Assembly (NCBI RefSeq): GCF_965201105.1
Contig: NZ_OZ241741.1
Location: 2,577,605 to 2,641,604 of the forward strand
DNA: 64,000 nucleotides
Direction: 5' to 3'
Source: Terriglobus sp.
GTDB taxonomy: Bacteria > Acidobacteriota > Terriglobia > Terriglobales > Acidobacteriaceae
The position numbers and the translations under genes are program-made. This document shows positions 33,198-41,389 of this stretch, piece by piece. The stretch's first letter is position 1. Each line of letters begins with the position of its first letter. Below the pieces are notes generated by a model that was not told where the DNA came from, searched no databases, and saw nothing but the letters and a program-made list of their open reading frames with translations.

Positions 33198-33294
33198 GAA
33201 CCGGGTGACCCACTGCGCACTCAAGAGCTCACTACCGTTGCTCCCTTCCGGGCCTGGCGGGGTTCGTGAGAGTAAGTCGCGTGGGACCCGGCTC
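33198..33294 (-). ncRNA. ffs: Signal recognition particle RNA (small bacterial 4.5S type)
   Basis: The minus strand reads GAGCCGGGUCCCACGCG...CGCCAGGCCCGGAAGGGAGCAACGG...GCGCAGUGGGUCACCCGGUUC. The domain IV core GGCCC-GGAA-GGGAGCA matches the conserved SRP helix 8 with its GGAA tetraloop (compare E. coli GGUCCGGAAGGAAGCAGCC). The 5' GAGCCGGGU pairs with the 3' ACCCGGUUC, and a U-run follows. Confidence 0.82.
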
Positions 33295-33335
33295 AGGAGC
33301 AAGTTTACCATCGGTTTCGCGGTAAACTGGATGAT

Positions 33336-34967
33336 GTGCCGACCGATGAAATCCTCGCGCCAGAGCAGGCGACCGTTCCATCCGCGCTGACGGACATACC
33401 CGCACGTCCCCGTATCGGGTTTGTTTCACTCGGCTGCCCCAAGAACCTGGTCGACAGCGAAGTGATGATGGGATTGCTGCACCACGCGGGCGCGGAGCTG
33501 ACGCCGCGAGCGGAGGATGCGGACATCATTGTGGTTAACACCTGCTCGTTCATCGATTCGGCGAAGCAGGAAAGCGTAAACACCATCCTGGAGATGGCGA
33601 ACCACAAAACGGCGAACGGCGGCCGCGCGCAGAAGCTGATTGTGGCGGGCTGCCTGGTGGAGCGATACCGGGATGAAATTCGCAAGAACATTCCGGACGT
33701 GGATGCGGTGCTGGGCACGGGCGAGTTGGACGCCATTCTTGCGGCTGCCGGCATGCAGCCGGTGGGGACTGCTGGCACATCGCCGTTCACGATTCTAAGT
33801 GGGACTACAAACCAGCAGGTCAGCGAGCCGGCGAGTCAGCAGGATGCAGCGTTGATCGACCGTGCGTCCAGCGCGGTGCGCAAGCATTCACAGATAGAAG
33901 TGCCGGAGCAGACGTCGCGGCCCGAGGGCGATCTGCGCGAGAAACAGGGCCGGTTCAACCGTGAGGCATGGGATGGTGCGACGGCTGAGTTGCCGAGCTA
34001 TCTGTACTCGGACGAGACGCCACGCATCCTGACCACGCCGCGCGCGTCGGCGTACATCAAGATCGCCGAGGGTTGCGATCATCCCTGCGGCTTTTGCATC
34101 ATCCCGCAGCTGCGCGGCAAGTTCCGGTCGCGGCGCATCTCGTCCATCGTGAACGAGGCAGAGAACCTGTTGCGGCAGGGTGTGCGCGAGATCACGCTGA
34201 TCGGGCAGGACACGACTTGCTACGGCGAAGACCTTGGATTGAAGGACGGCCTGGCGATGCTGCTGGAGGCGCTCGCCACACTGGAGGTGCCGGGCGTGGG
34301 CCCCATTCACTGGCTGCGCTTCCTGTATGCGTATCCGAACAAGGTCACGACGCGGCTGCTGGACACGATCGCCGCGCACGACAACGTCGCGAAGTACCTG
34401 GACGTACCGCTGCAGCATGCGTCGGCGTTGACGCTGAAGCGCATGAAGCGCGGCGGCTCGGGCGCGATTTTTCTGCGCATGCTCGAGAAGGCTCGGGCGA
34501 TCGTGCCGGGCATCGCGATCCGCACCAGCTTTATTGTCGGGTTTCCGGGCGAAACGGACGAGGAGTTCGCTGCGCTGGAAGACTTCGTGAAAGCCGCGAA
34601 GATCGACTGGCTGGGCGTGTTCAGCTACTCGGACGAAGAGGGCGCGGCGGCGTTCGACCTGGGAGCGAAGGTGCCGAAGCGCACGATCGAGGCGCGCCGA
34701 CGACGCTTGATGCGCACGCAGATGAAGATCAGCGCCAAGGCACGTGCGGCGCAGGTGGGCCGCGTGATCGAGGTGCTGGTCGAAGGTCCGTCAGAAGAGA
34801 CGGAACTGCTTTGGCAGGGCCGCACGATGCAACAGGCACCGGAGATCGACGGTCACGTGCTGATCAACGATTTCGGTGATCACGAAGACTTGGTGCCTGG
34901 CACGTTTTACCGCGCGGAGATCACCGAAGCGCACGACTACGATGTGGTCGCGAGGATTGTGGACTGA
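33336..34967 (+). CDS. rimO: Ribosomal protein S12 methylthiotransferase RimO (with expanded inter-domain linker)
   Basis: GTG start. RIGFVSLGCPKNLVDSE (MTTase N), AYIKIAEGCDHPCGFCIIP (radical SAM CxxxCxxC) and a C-terminal TRAM (...YRAEITEAHDYDVVARIV). 543 aa versus about 440 typical. Confidence 0.9.
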   Translation: MPTDEILAPEQATVPSALTDIPARPRIGFVSLGCPKNLVDSEVMMGLLHHAGAELTPRAEDADIIVVNTCSFIDSAKQESVNTILEMANHKTANGGRAQKLIVAGCLVERYRDEIRKNIPDVDAVLGTGELDAILAAAGMQPVGTAGTSPFTILSGTTNQQVSEPASQQDAALIDRASSAVRKHSQIEVPEQTSRPEGDLREKQGRFNREAWDGATAELPSYLYSDETPRILTTPRASAYIKIAEGCDHPCGFCIIPQLRGKFRSRRISSIVNEAENLLRQGVREITLIGQDTTCYGEDLGLKDGLAMLLEALATLEVPGVGPIHWLRFLYAYPNKVTTRLLDTIAAHDNVAKYLDVPLQHASALTLKRMKRGGSGAIFLRMLEKARAIVPGIAIRTSFIVGFPGETDEEFAALEDFVKAAKIDWLGVFSYSDEEGAAAFDLGAKVPKRTIEARRRRLMRTQMKISAKARAAQVGRVIEVLVEGPSEETELLWQGRTMQQAPEIDGHVLINDFGDHEDLVPGTFYRAEITEAHDYDVVARIVD

Positions 34968-34970
34968 TCG

Positions 34971-35330
34971 ATGCCTACGCGACGGCTCACTTCGTCTGAA
35001 CTCGAGATTGCAAATCGCATGCTTGCCGTGCTGCGTACACAACTCGACGAGCATGCGAATGGTGACTCCGACCTCTTGTTCGCTTTGCGACGCAAGATTT
35101 ACAAAGAGCTCACCTACGACGAGCGAGGCAAGCCCATGCATCGGCGAGCATTAAAGCTAAAAAAGATCAAAGAGCAGGGCGGCCTTTGTTTTCTCTGCCA
35201 AGAACAACTTCCGGCCAGCTACACGGTGCTGGACAGGCTTGAGGCAATGCCAGGCTATACAGCAGCAAACACGAGGGTGCTCTGTCGAGATTGTGACACC
35301 CGCACCCAGATCGAACGACGGTATTCGTAA
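34971..35330 (+). CDS. Small low-GC protein with CxxC...DR...N...CxxC (HNH-like zinc ribbon) C-terminus
   Basis: 119-aa ORF starting 3 nt after the rimO stop, at about 52% G+C by hand count. C-terminus GGLCFLCQEQLPASYTVLDRLEAMPGYTAANTRVLCRDCD. Function tentative. Confidence 0.6.
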   Translation: MPTRRLTSSELEIANRMLAVLRTQLDEHANGDSDLLFALRRKIYKELTYDERGKPMHRRALKLKKIKEQGGLCFLCQEQLPASYTVLDRLEAMPGYTAANTRVLCRDCDTRTQIERRYS

Positions 35331-35339
35331 GGAGTAACA

Positions 35340-35777
35340 ATGGCAACCCCAGCCGATGCAGAACTGATATTGAAGCTGTACGAACTTCGCCGCGAGCCGG
35401 TTATGCGCGAAGCGCGCAAGTTCGTTGTGGCCGATTTCAATCCAACGAACGAAAGCGAGCTGCTTGCCGTGCAGCGCGGCATGGGAACGCCGCAGAACGC
35501 ACTTTGGCGGCAGGCGGTCACGTATTGGGAAATGGCCTCGACGCTATGCCTGCACGGCGCGCTGGACGCGGAGCTTTACTTCGACGCGAACATGGAAGTG
35601 ATCGCCGTCTACACCAAGTTTTTTGAGCTGTACAAGCAGGCCACGGGCGCGGACTTCATGCCGCAGACGGCGAAGCTGATTGCGAAGACCCCGTCCGCAC
35701 AGACGCGGGTGGAAAACCGCAAGAAGGCGATGGCGCGTGACACGGAACTGGCGGCTGCGACGGCGGAGAAAGGGTAA
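35340..35777 (+). CDS. Hypothetical protein (145 aa, helical)
   Basis: Good RBS (AAGGAG, 6 nt before the ATG). Tightly packed between the 119-aa ORF and yacG. No nameable domain. Confidence 0.6.
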   Translation: MATPADAELILKLYELRREPVMREARKFVVADFNPTNESELLAVQRGMGTPQNALWRQAVTYWEMASTLCLHGALDAELYFDANMEVIAVYTKFFELYKQATGADFMPQTAKLIAKTPSAQTRVENRKKAMARDTELAAATAEKG

Positions 35778-35780
35778 GGC

Positions 35781-36014
35781 ATGGAAGCGAACACAGCAGG
35801 AACATCCGCCGCAAGGAAAACGCTTTCCTGTCCCACCTGCCGCAAGCCGGTCGCCACGGGAAGCGAAGACTTCCCGTTTTGCAGCGACCGCTGCCGCCTG
35901 CTGGACCTGGGCAAGTGGGCAAGCGGCGAGTACCGCATCTCGTCGCCGGTGCTGGATCCGGACCTGCTTGAGGACATCGAGAGCGGCCAATTGCGCGGCG
36001 GTAACGAATCGTAG
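35781..36014 (+). CDS. yacG: DNA gyrase inhibitor YacG (zinc-binding)
   Basis: CPTCRKPV...[23 protein letters not shown] matches the YacG zinc ribbon and its C-terminal motif. Confidence 0.8.
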   Translation: MEANTAGTSAARKTLSCPTCRKPVATGSEDFPFCSDRCRLLDLGKWASGEYRISSPVLDPDLLEDIESGQLRGGNES

Positions 36015-36088
36015 AACAGAGTCGGGTGGCGGGTCTTCGCGGGAATGTTGACAGCGTGCCGCGCCTCCCGTGCATCCGATAGCGGCAG

Positions 36089-36685
36089 ATGCCGAGACTG
36101 ATTCCACGCTGGAGCCGGCCGCGCGGCCCTGCAAGCCTTCCAGACGCGGCAAACGACCGGTTGGTGAACGATGCCGTATTCGCCGCGGGGCATTTGCCGG
36201 GCGTGAAGCGCACGCGGTGGGCCTGGATCGTCGGCACCTTCTTTGGCTTCGGCACGCTGCGACCGGGGCCGGGCACGTTTGGATCGATCGCGGCCACGCT
36301 GGTGTGGTTCCTGGTGATGCGGCGTATGCCGAGTGCGGCGATCCCGCTGGTGACGCTCGCGATGGCGGCGGCGGCAACGGCCATCGGCATTCCAGCGGCG
36401 ACCCGGGTAGCGCGCGAAAGCGGCCGCAAGGACCCGCAGATCGTCGTGATCGACGAGGTCGCCGGGCAATGGCTGGCGCTTGTCTTCAGCGCGCCCACGT
36501 TACCGCTGACGCTGCTGGCATTGCTGCTCTTTCGCGTCTTCGACATCACCAAACCGCCTCCGGTGCGCGCGCTGGAAAAGCTGCCGGAGGGTACAGGCAT
36601 CGTGGTGGATGACCTGGCCGCGGGCGGGTATGCGCTGGTGGTTGGCATGTTGCTGCAATTGGCGTGGTTCTTTCGCCACCACTAG
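36089..36685 (+). CDS. pgpA: Phosphatidylglycerophosphatase A
   Basis: FGFGTLRPGPGTFGSIAA..., VVIDEVAGQWLAL..., LLLFRVFDITKPPPV and GIVVDDLAAGGYA match the PgpA family. The true start may be GTG near 36164. Confidence 0.8.
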   Translation: MPRLIPRWSRPRGPASLPDAANDRLVNDAVFAAGHLPGVKRTRWAWIVGTFFGFGTLRPGPGTFGSIAATLVWFLVMRRMPSAAIPLVTLAMAAAATAIGIPAATRVARESGRKDPQIVVIDEVAGQWLALVFSAPTLPLTLLALLLFRVFDITKPPPVRALEKLPEGTGIVVDDLAAGGYALVVGMLLQLAWFFRHH

Positions 36686-36712
36686 CACGGGGCAGCGGTC
36701 ATCCTACCCGGC

Positions 36713-37150
36713 ATGAATGACGCACAGATGGAAGAGGCGACAGAGCAGTCCAGCACGCGTGCCGCGGCGCAGAAGCTGCTGGGAGCGATGCTGGTAGGCA
36801 GCGGAACAGGACACCTGACCGTTCTGCGCAAGCCGTTTTACGCGCAGGTGCCGCCGTGGGTGCCCCTGGACCCGGATACCGTGGTGGTGCTGTCGGGGCT
36901 GGCGGAGATCACGCTTGGCGCAACGCTGCTCTTGGCTAAGAAGCGGCGCCGTGCCGTGGGCTGGGCCGCCGCGGCGTTCTTTGTGGCAATTTTCCCAGGA
37001 AACATTGCGCAATGGCAGCACCATCGCAATGCCTTTGGCCTGGACACGGACGCGAAGCGCTTCGCCCGGCTCTTTGGCCAGCCGGTGCTCGTCGGCTGGG
37101 CGTTGTGGGCCACGAATGCGCTGCGGCAGAGGCGTGTTCGCGAAAGATGA
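36713..37150 (+). CDS. DoxX-like small membrane protein
   Basis: 145 aa with three or four hydrophobic helices (VVVLSGLAEITLGATLLLA, AAAFFVAIFPGNI, VLVGWALWA). Assigned by resemblance only. Confidence 0.5.
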   Translation: MNDAQMEEATEQSSTRAAAQKLLGAMLVGSGTGHLTVLRKPFYAQVPPWVPLDPDTVVVLSGLAEITLGATLLLAKKRRRAVGWAAAAFFVAIFPGNIAQWQHHRNAFGLDTDAKRFARLFGQPVLVGWALWATNALRQRRVRER

Positions 37151-37172
37151 CGCGGGATTTACCCTGAAAGAG

Positions 37173-38213
37173 ATGTCATTGCTGGATCAGTTTCGACAGG
37201 CGGACGCACTCGCGCCGCACATGGACGCGGTAGCGCCGCCGGCAGCGATGCCAGGCGGCATTCTGGATGTGCGCGGTTCGCGCCTGATAGCCGCGCTGCC
37301 GCTGGAAGCGCGCATCGGCGAAACGGCGCTGCCGTTCAGCTTTCTAGGCGGCAACCGGGTGTCGCTACGCGTGCCTGAGGGCACCATTCCCGGCGACTTG
37401 ACGCTGCGCTCGGGCGAGCATGTTTCGAACGCCATCGCGGTGCAGATCGCCGTGCCCGTGAGCGATAACCTGCACCCCATTACCAATCCCGCGGTCGACA
37501 CGGACGGGAACATATACGCCACCTTCAGCGGAACGCGCGGGCAGACGGTGCCGGTGTCAATCTTCCGGCTGGATCGTGATTTTCAGCAGCGGCCATTTGT
37601 ACGCGACCTCCCGAACGCGAGCGGCCTGGCGTTCGGCCCGGACGGCTTCCTGTACTGCTCGTCGCGCGCCGAGGGCACGGTGTATCGCATTGCGCCCAAC
37701 GGCACCATGACGCAGTGGGCCGAAGGCATGGGCGTTGCGACGGGGCTGGCGTTTGACGCGGAAGGCAACCTGTACGTGGGCGACCGCAGCGGCACGATCT
37801 TCAAGATCAACAGCGCGGGGAATGTGTTTGTTTTTGCCACGCTTGAGCCGTCGGTTTCGGCGTACCACCTTGTCTTCAACGACGCGGGCACGCTGTTTGT
37901 CACGGGGCCGACGACGAGCTCGAATGAAGTGATTCACGCCATCTCTCCCGAGGGCGAGGTGACGATCTGGTTCCGCGGACTGGGCCGGCCACAGGGCATG
38001 GCGGTTGACCGCGACGGCAACCTATACGTCGCTGCGTCATACCGTGGCGAACGAGGCATTCATCGCATTACGCCGCGCCGCGAACACTCGCTTTCGGTGA
38101 GCGGCAGCGGTCTGGTCGGTCTCGCATTTCTGGACGACGGCGCCGTCGTGCTGGCCACGACCAACTCGCTGTACCACGTGGACATGGGCGTGGGCGGCCG
38201 CCTGCTAGGTTAG
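37173..38213 (+). CDS. Beta-propeller repeat protein (NHL / SMP-30-gluconolactonase-LRE-like)
   Basis: ATG at 37173. Repeated blades: GLAFGPDGFLYCSS, GLAFDAEGNLYVGD and GMAVDRDGNLYVAA. Confidence 0.65.
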   Translation: MSLLDQFRQADALAPHMDAVAPPAAMPGGILDVRGSRLIAALPLEARIGETALPFSFLGGNRVSLRVPEGTIPGDLTLRSGEHVSNAIAVQIAVPVSDNLHPITNPAVDTDGNIYATFSGTRGQTVPVSIFRLDRDFQQRPFVRDLPNASGLAFGPDGFLYCSSRAEGTVYRIAPNGTMTQWAEGMGVATGLAFDAEGNLYVGDRSGTIFKINSAGNVFVFATLEPSVSAYHLVFNDAGTLFVTGPTTSSNEVIHAISPEGEVTIWFRGLGRPQGMAVDRDGNLYVAASYRGERGIHRITPRREHSLSVSGSGLVGLAFLDDGAVVLATTNSLYHVDMGVGGRLLG

Positions 38214-38217
38214 CGCG

Positions 38218-39471
38218 ATGAGAGGCATGGTTGCGGAGATCATCGCGGTCGGGTCAGAGATGTTGACGCCGTATCGCGTGGACACCAACTCGCTGGCGCT
38301 GACGTCAGAGTTGAACAAGCTGGGCGTTGCGGTCGCGTTCAAAACGATTCTGGGCGACGATCTTGGACAGTTGACCGAGGCGGCCCGCATCGCGCTTGGG
38401 CGGGCGGACATTGTCCTGTTCAGTGGCGGCCTGGGACCCACCGAGGACGACCTGACCCGCGAAGCTGTCGCCGCGGTGCTGGGCGTGAGCATGCAGCGCG
38501 ACACGTCGATTGTTGACGGTCTGCGCGATCGCTTTCGCAAGCGTGGCATCGAGCTTCGCGACAACAACATGAAGCAGGCGGACGTGATCGATGGCGCGGA
38601 GGTGCTGCCGAACGCGAACGGCACCGCTCCGGGCCAATGGATCGACACAGAGTTTGAGGGGAAGCGGCGGATCCTTGTCCTGCTGCCCGGACCGCCCAAG
38701 GAACTGACGGCGCTGTACACCGATCAGGTGGAGCGGCGGCTGCGCGGCGTGGTGCCTCAGGTTCACATCGCGACCGCGAGCCTGCGCATGGCCGTAGTGC
38801 CCGAAAGTGAAGTGGATGCACGCACCGCGCCGATTTACCAGGAGTACAGCGACGTGCAGACCACGATCCTGAGCACACAGGGTGAGATCCAGCTGCACTT
38901 TTTGGCGAGCAAGGGGACAGAGGCGGAGGCGGAGGCACGCGTCGCCGAGGTGCAGGGGCGATGCGCCGCGGAGATGGAGCCATTCGTCTTCAGCGCGGAG
39001 AACGAGACGCCGGAGCAGGTGGTGCTGTGGCTGCTTGGTGAGCGCGGACAGACGCTGGCCGTTGCGGAAAGCTGCACGGGTGGGCTGCTGGCGCAGCGCA
39101 TCACCGCGGTGCCGGGGTCGTCCAAGTCGTTTTTAGGTGGCGCGGTGGTCTACTCCAATGCGTTGAAAACGGCATTCGCGGATGTGCCGCCGGCGATGCT
39201 GGAGGAGCACGGCGCGGTGAGTGAGCCGGTGGCGCGGGCGTTGGCTGAGGGCATACGCGCGCGATGCGGCGCGGACCTGGGCGTGGGAATCACGGGCATC
39301 GCCGGGCCGGATGGCGGGACCGAAACGAAGCCAGTGGGCCTGGTCTACCTGGGCATCGCAGACGGCGCGGAAACGCGGGTGCTACGGCTGAACCTGGGTG
39401 GCGACCGCGAGCGCATCCGATGGTTCGCTTCGCAGCATGCGCTGATGGAGTTGCGGAAGCGGCTCCTGTGA
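38218..39471 (+). CDS. cinA: Competence/damage-inducible protein CinA (MoCF-like domain plus PncC NMN amidohydrolase domain)
   Basis: AEIIAVGSEML...DTNS..., GGLGPTEDDLT and a C-terminal AVAESCTGGLLA...ITGIAGPDGG. Confidence 0.9.
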   Translation: MRGMVAEIIAVGSEMLTPYRVDTNSLALTSELNKLGVAVAFKTILGDDLGQLTEAARIALGRADIVLFSGGLGPTEDDLTREAVAAVLGVSMQRDTSIVDGLRDRFRKRGIELRDNNMKQADVIDGAEVLPNANGTAPGQWIDTEFEGKRRILVLLPGPPKELTALYTDQVERRLRGVVPQVHIATASLRMAVVPESEVDARTAPIYQEYSDVQTTILSTQGEIQLHFLASKGTEAEAEARVAEVQGRCAAEMEPFVFSAENETPEQVVLWLLGERGQTLAVAESCTGGLLAQRITAVPGSSKSFLGGAVVYSNALKTAFADVPPAMLEEHGAVSEPVARALAEGIRARCGADLGVGITGIAGPDGGTETKPVGLVYLGIADGAETRVLRLNLGGDRERIRWFASQHALMELRKRLL

Positions 39472-39498
39472 TGCGGCGCTGCTAGACTCAGAGCCGTT

Positions 39499-40143
39499 AT
39501 GAACGACACAATCTTGATCGTGCTGAGCCTGGGGATCGCTTACCTGCTGGGATCGATTCCGTTCGGGTACATCCTGGTGCGCACGTTCCGGCACGAAGAT
39601 ATCCGCGCGACGGGCTCGGGCAACATCGGCGCGACGAACGTGGCGCGGTCGGGCGCGAAGGGGCTCGGCGTGGCGACGCTGGTGCTCGATACGCTGAAGG
39701 GCTGGCTGGCGGTGTACATCGCGCAGCGGCTCGCGCTGCACTATGGTGCGTTCCCGAAGGGCTATGACATCGCCGCGCTGGCCGGTTTGGTCGCCGTGCT
39801 GGGGCACATGTTCCCGGTGTGGCTGGGGTTTCGCGGCGGGAAAGGTGTGGCGACCGCGCTGGGCGTCTTCCTGGCGCTGATGCCGGGCGTAACGTTGGTC
39901 GCGGTGCTGGTCTTTGCGGTGGTGGTTGCGTTCACGAAGTACGTTTCGCTGGCTTCCATCGTCGGGGCCGCGGTATTGGCGATTCTGGCGGTGCTGTTCG
40001 ACGGGCGGCACCGGTTGATTGTGGACCTGGTGTACATCGCGATCGCGCTGCTGGTGATCTGGAAGCACAGCGGTAATATTGCCCGGCTGCGCGCGGGCAC
40101 GGAGCCGAAGTTCGGCCAGAAGAATGCGGCAACGCTGCCCTGA
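39499..40143 (+). CDS. plsY: Glycerol-3-phosphate acyltransferase PlsY
   Basis: YLLGSIPFGYILVR...DIRATGSGNIGATNVAR..., HMFPVWLGFRGGKGVAT and five or six TM segments. Confidence 0.92.
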   Translation: MNDTILIVLSLGIAYLLGSIPFGYILVRTFRHEDIRATGSGNIGATNVARSGAKGLGVATLVLDTLKGWLAVYIAQRLALHYGAFPKGYDIAALAGLVAVLGHMFPVWLGFRGGKGVATALGVFLALMPGVTLVAVLVFAVVVAFTKYVSLASIVGAAVLAILAVLFDGRHRLIVDLVYIAIALLVIWKHSGNIARLRAGTEPKFGQKNAATLP

Positions 40144-40161
40144 ACGGGTGCGGCATGCGGA

Positions 40162-40220
40162 GAATGCAGGTCTCTCCACTTCGCAGGACGGTGGAGCTGT
40201 CCTGCTCCGGTCGAGATGAC
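40162..40220 (+). repeat. Repeat family B copy (59-nt hairpin element)
   Basis: GAATGCAGGTCTCTCCACTTCGCAGGACGGTGGAGCTGTCCTGCTCCGGTCGAGATGAC in the plsY-gpsA gap. Confidence 0.85.
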
Positions 40221-40249
40221 ACCGCGTTGAAGCTGCAAGAAGGAGATTG

Positions 40250-41242
40250 ATGAGCCGCATTGCTGTAATTGGAGCCGGGGCCTGGGGTACGGCGCTGGCG
40301 TTGTCGCTGGCGCGGCAGGGCCGGCACGACGTGACGCTGTGGGCGCACTCCCCCGATCACGCGGCGGAGATGGAGCATGCGCGCGAGAACGCTCGATACC
40401 TGCCGTGCTTTGCATTGCAAAGTGAGCTGAGCATCACGAACGACCTGCTCTCGCTGCCGGGCCGCGCAGAAGTGCTGCTGAGCGTGACACCTTCGGTCAA
40501 CCTGCCGGAGACCATCGCCGCGTTAGCGCCGCTGCTGAGCGAACGGCACGTGTACGTGTCGGCGTCCAAGGGTATCGAGGACGGCACCCACCGCCGCATG
40601 AGCGAGGTGGTCGCGGCGGTCTCGCCGGTGCGGTTCGCCGTGCTGGGTGGGCCATCGTTTGCGAAGGAGGTGGCCGCGGCGCTGCCGACAACAGCCACGC
40701 TGGCCTGCGCCGACGCGGAAGTCGCACGAGCGTTGCAGGCAGACTTCAGCTCGGAGTCGTTGCGCGTGTACACCAACGACGATGTGACCGGTGTGGAGCT
40801 GGGCGGCGCGCTGAAGAACGTGATTGCGCTGGCGGCCGGCGTGGTCGCGGGGCTGGAGCTTGGCTCGAACGCAGCCGCGGCGCTGATCACACGCGGCATG
40901 GCGGAGATCACGCGACTGGCCGTCGCCTGCGGAGCGAAGCCCGAGACCCTGGCGGGTCTGGCCGGCTATGGCGATCTGGTGCTGACCTGTACCGGATCGC
41001 TTTCGCGAAACCGCACCGTGGGTGTAGAGCTGGGCCGCGGCCGCAAGCTCGACGAGATCATCGCTTCGCTGAACGGCAAGGTAGCCGAGGGTGTTCGCTG
41101 CACCGGCGCGGCGCGGGGCCTTGCGGCGCGCCACGGCGTGGAGATGCCCATTACGGAAGAGATGTACGCGATCCTGTATGAAAGCCGCAGCCCGCATGAG
41201 GCAATCCGTTCCCTTATGACGCGACCCGGACGCGGCGAGTAA
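40250..41242 (+). CDS. gpsA: NAD(P)H-dependent glycerol-3-phosphate dehydrogenase
   Basis: MSRIAVIGAGAWGTALA..., ...GPSFAKEV... and GALKNVIALAAG. Confidence 0.93.
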   Translation: MSRIAVIGAGAWGTALALSLARQGRHDVTLWAHSPDHAAEMEHARENARYLPCFALQSELSITNDLLSLPGRAEVLLSVTPSVNLPETIAALAPLLSERHVYVSASKGIEDGTHRRMSEVVAAVSPVRFAVLGGPSFAKEVAAALPTTATLACADAEVARALQADFSSESLRVYTNDDVTGVELGGALKNVIALAAGVVAGLELGSNAAAALITRGMAEITRLAVACGAKPETLAGLAGYGDLVLTCTGSLSRNRTVGVELGRGRKLDEIIASLNGKVAEGVRCTGAARGLAARHGVEMPITEEMYAILYESRSPHEAIRSLMTRPGRGE

Positions 41243-41270
41243 GGGCAAACGCGGTGCTGGCTTTCGCGAA

Positions 41271-41329
41271 GAATGCGGGTTTCTCCACTCCGCAGGACGG
41301 TGAAGCTGTCCTGCTCCGGTCGAAATGAC
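41271..41329 (+). repeat. Repeat family B copy
   Basis: GAATGCGGGTTTCTCCACTCCGCAGGACGGTGAAGCTGTCCTGCTCCGGTCGAAATGAC. 54 of 59 positions are identical to the 40162 copy, in the same orientation. Confidence 0.85.
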
Positions 41330-41389
41330 AAGGCCTTGCTCAAACGTGACCGGGAGAACAACGACCTGAACCGCCGTACACTAAGGTCG

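Noticed and set aside
35544-36648. Cluster of 277-330-aa minus-strand ORFs over the yacG/pgpA region
   Set aside because: They are three mutually overlapping frames, all Arg/Pro/Ala-rich, lying antisense to well-supported plus-strand genes. This is a GC artefact.
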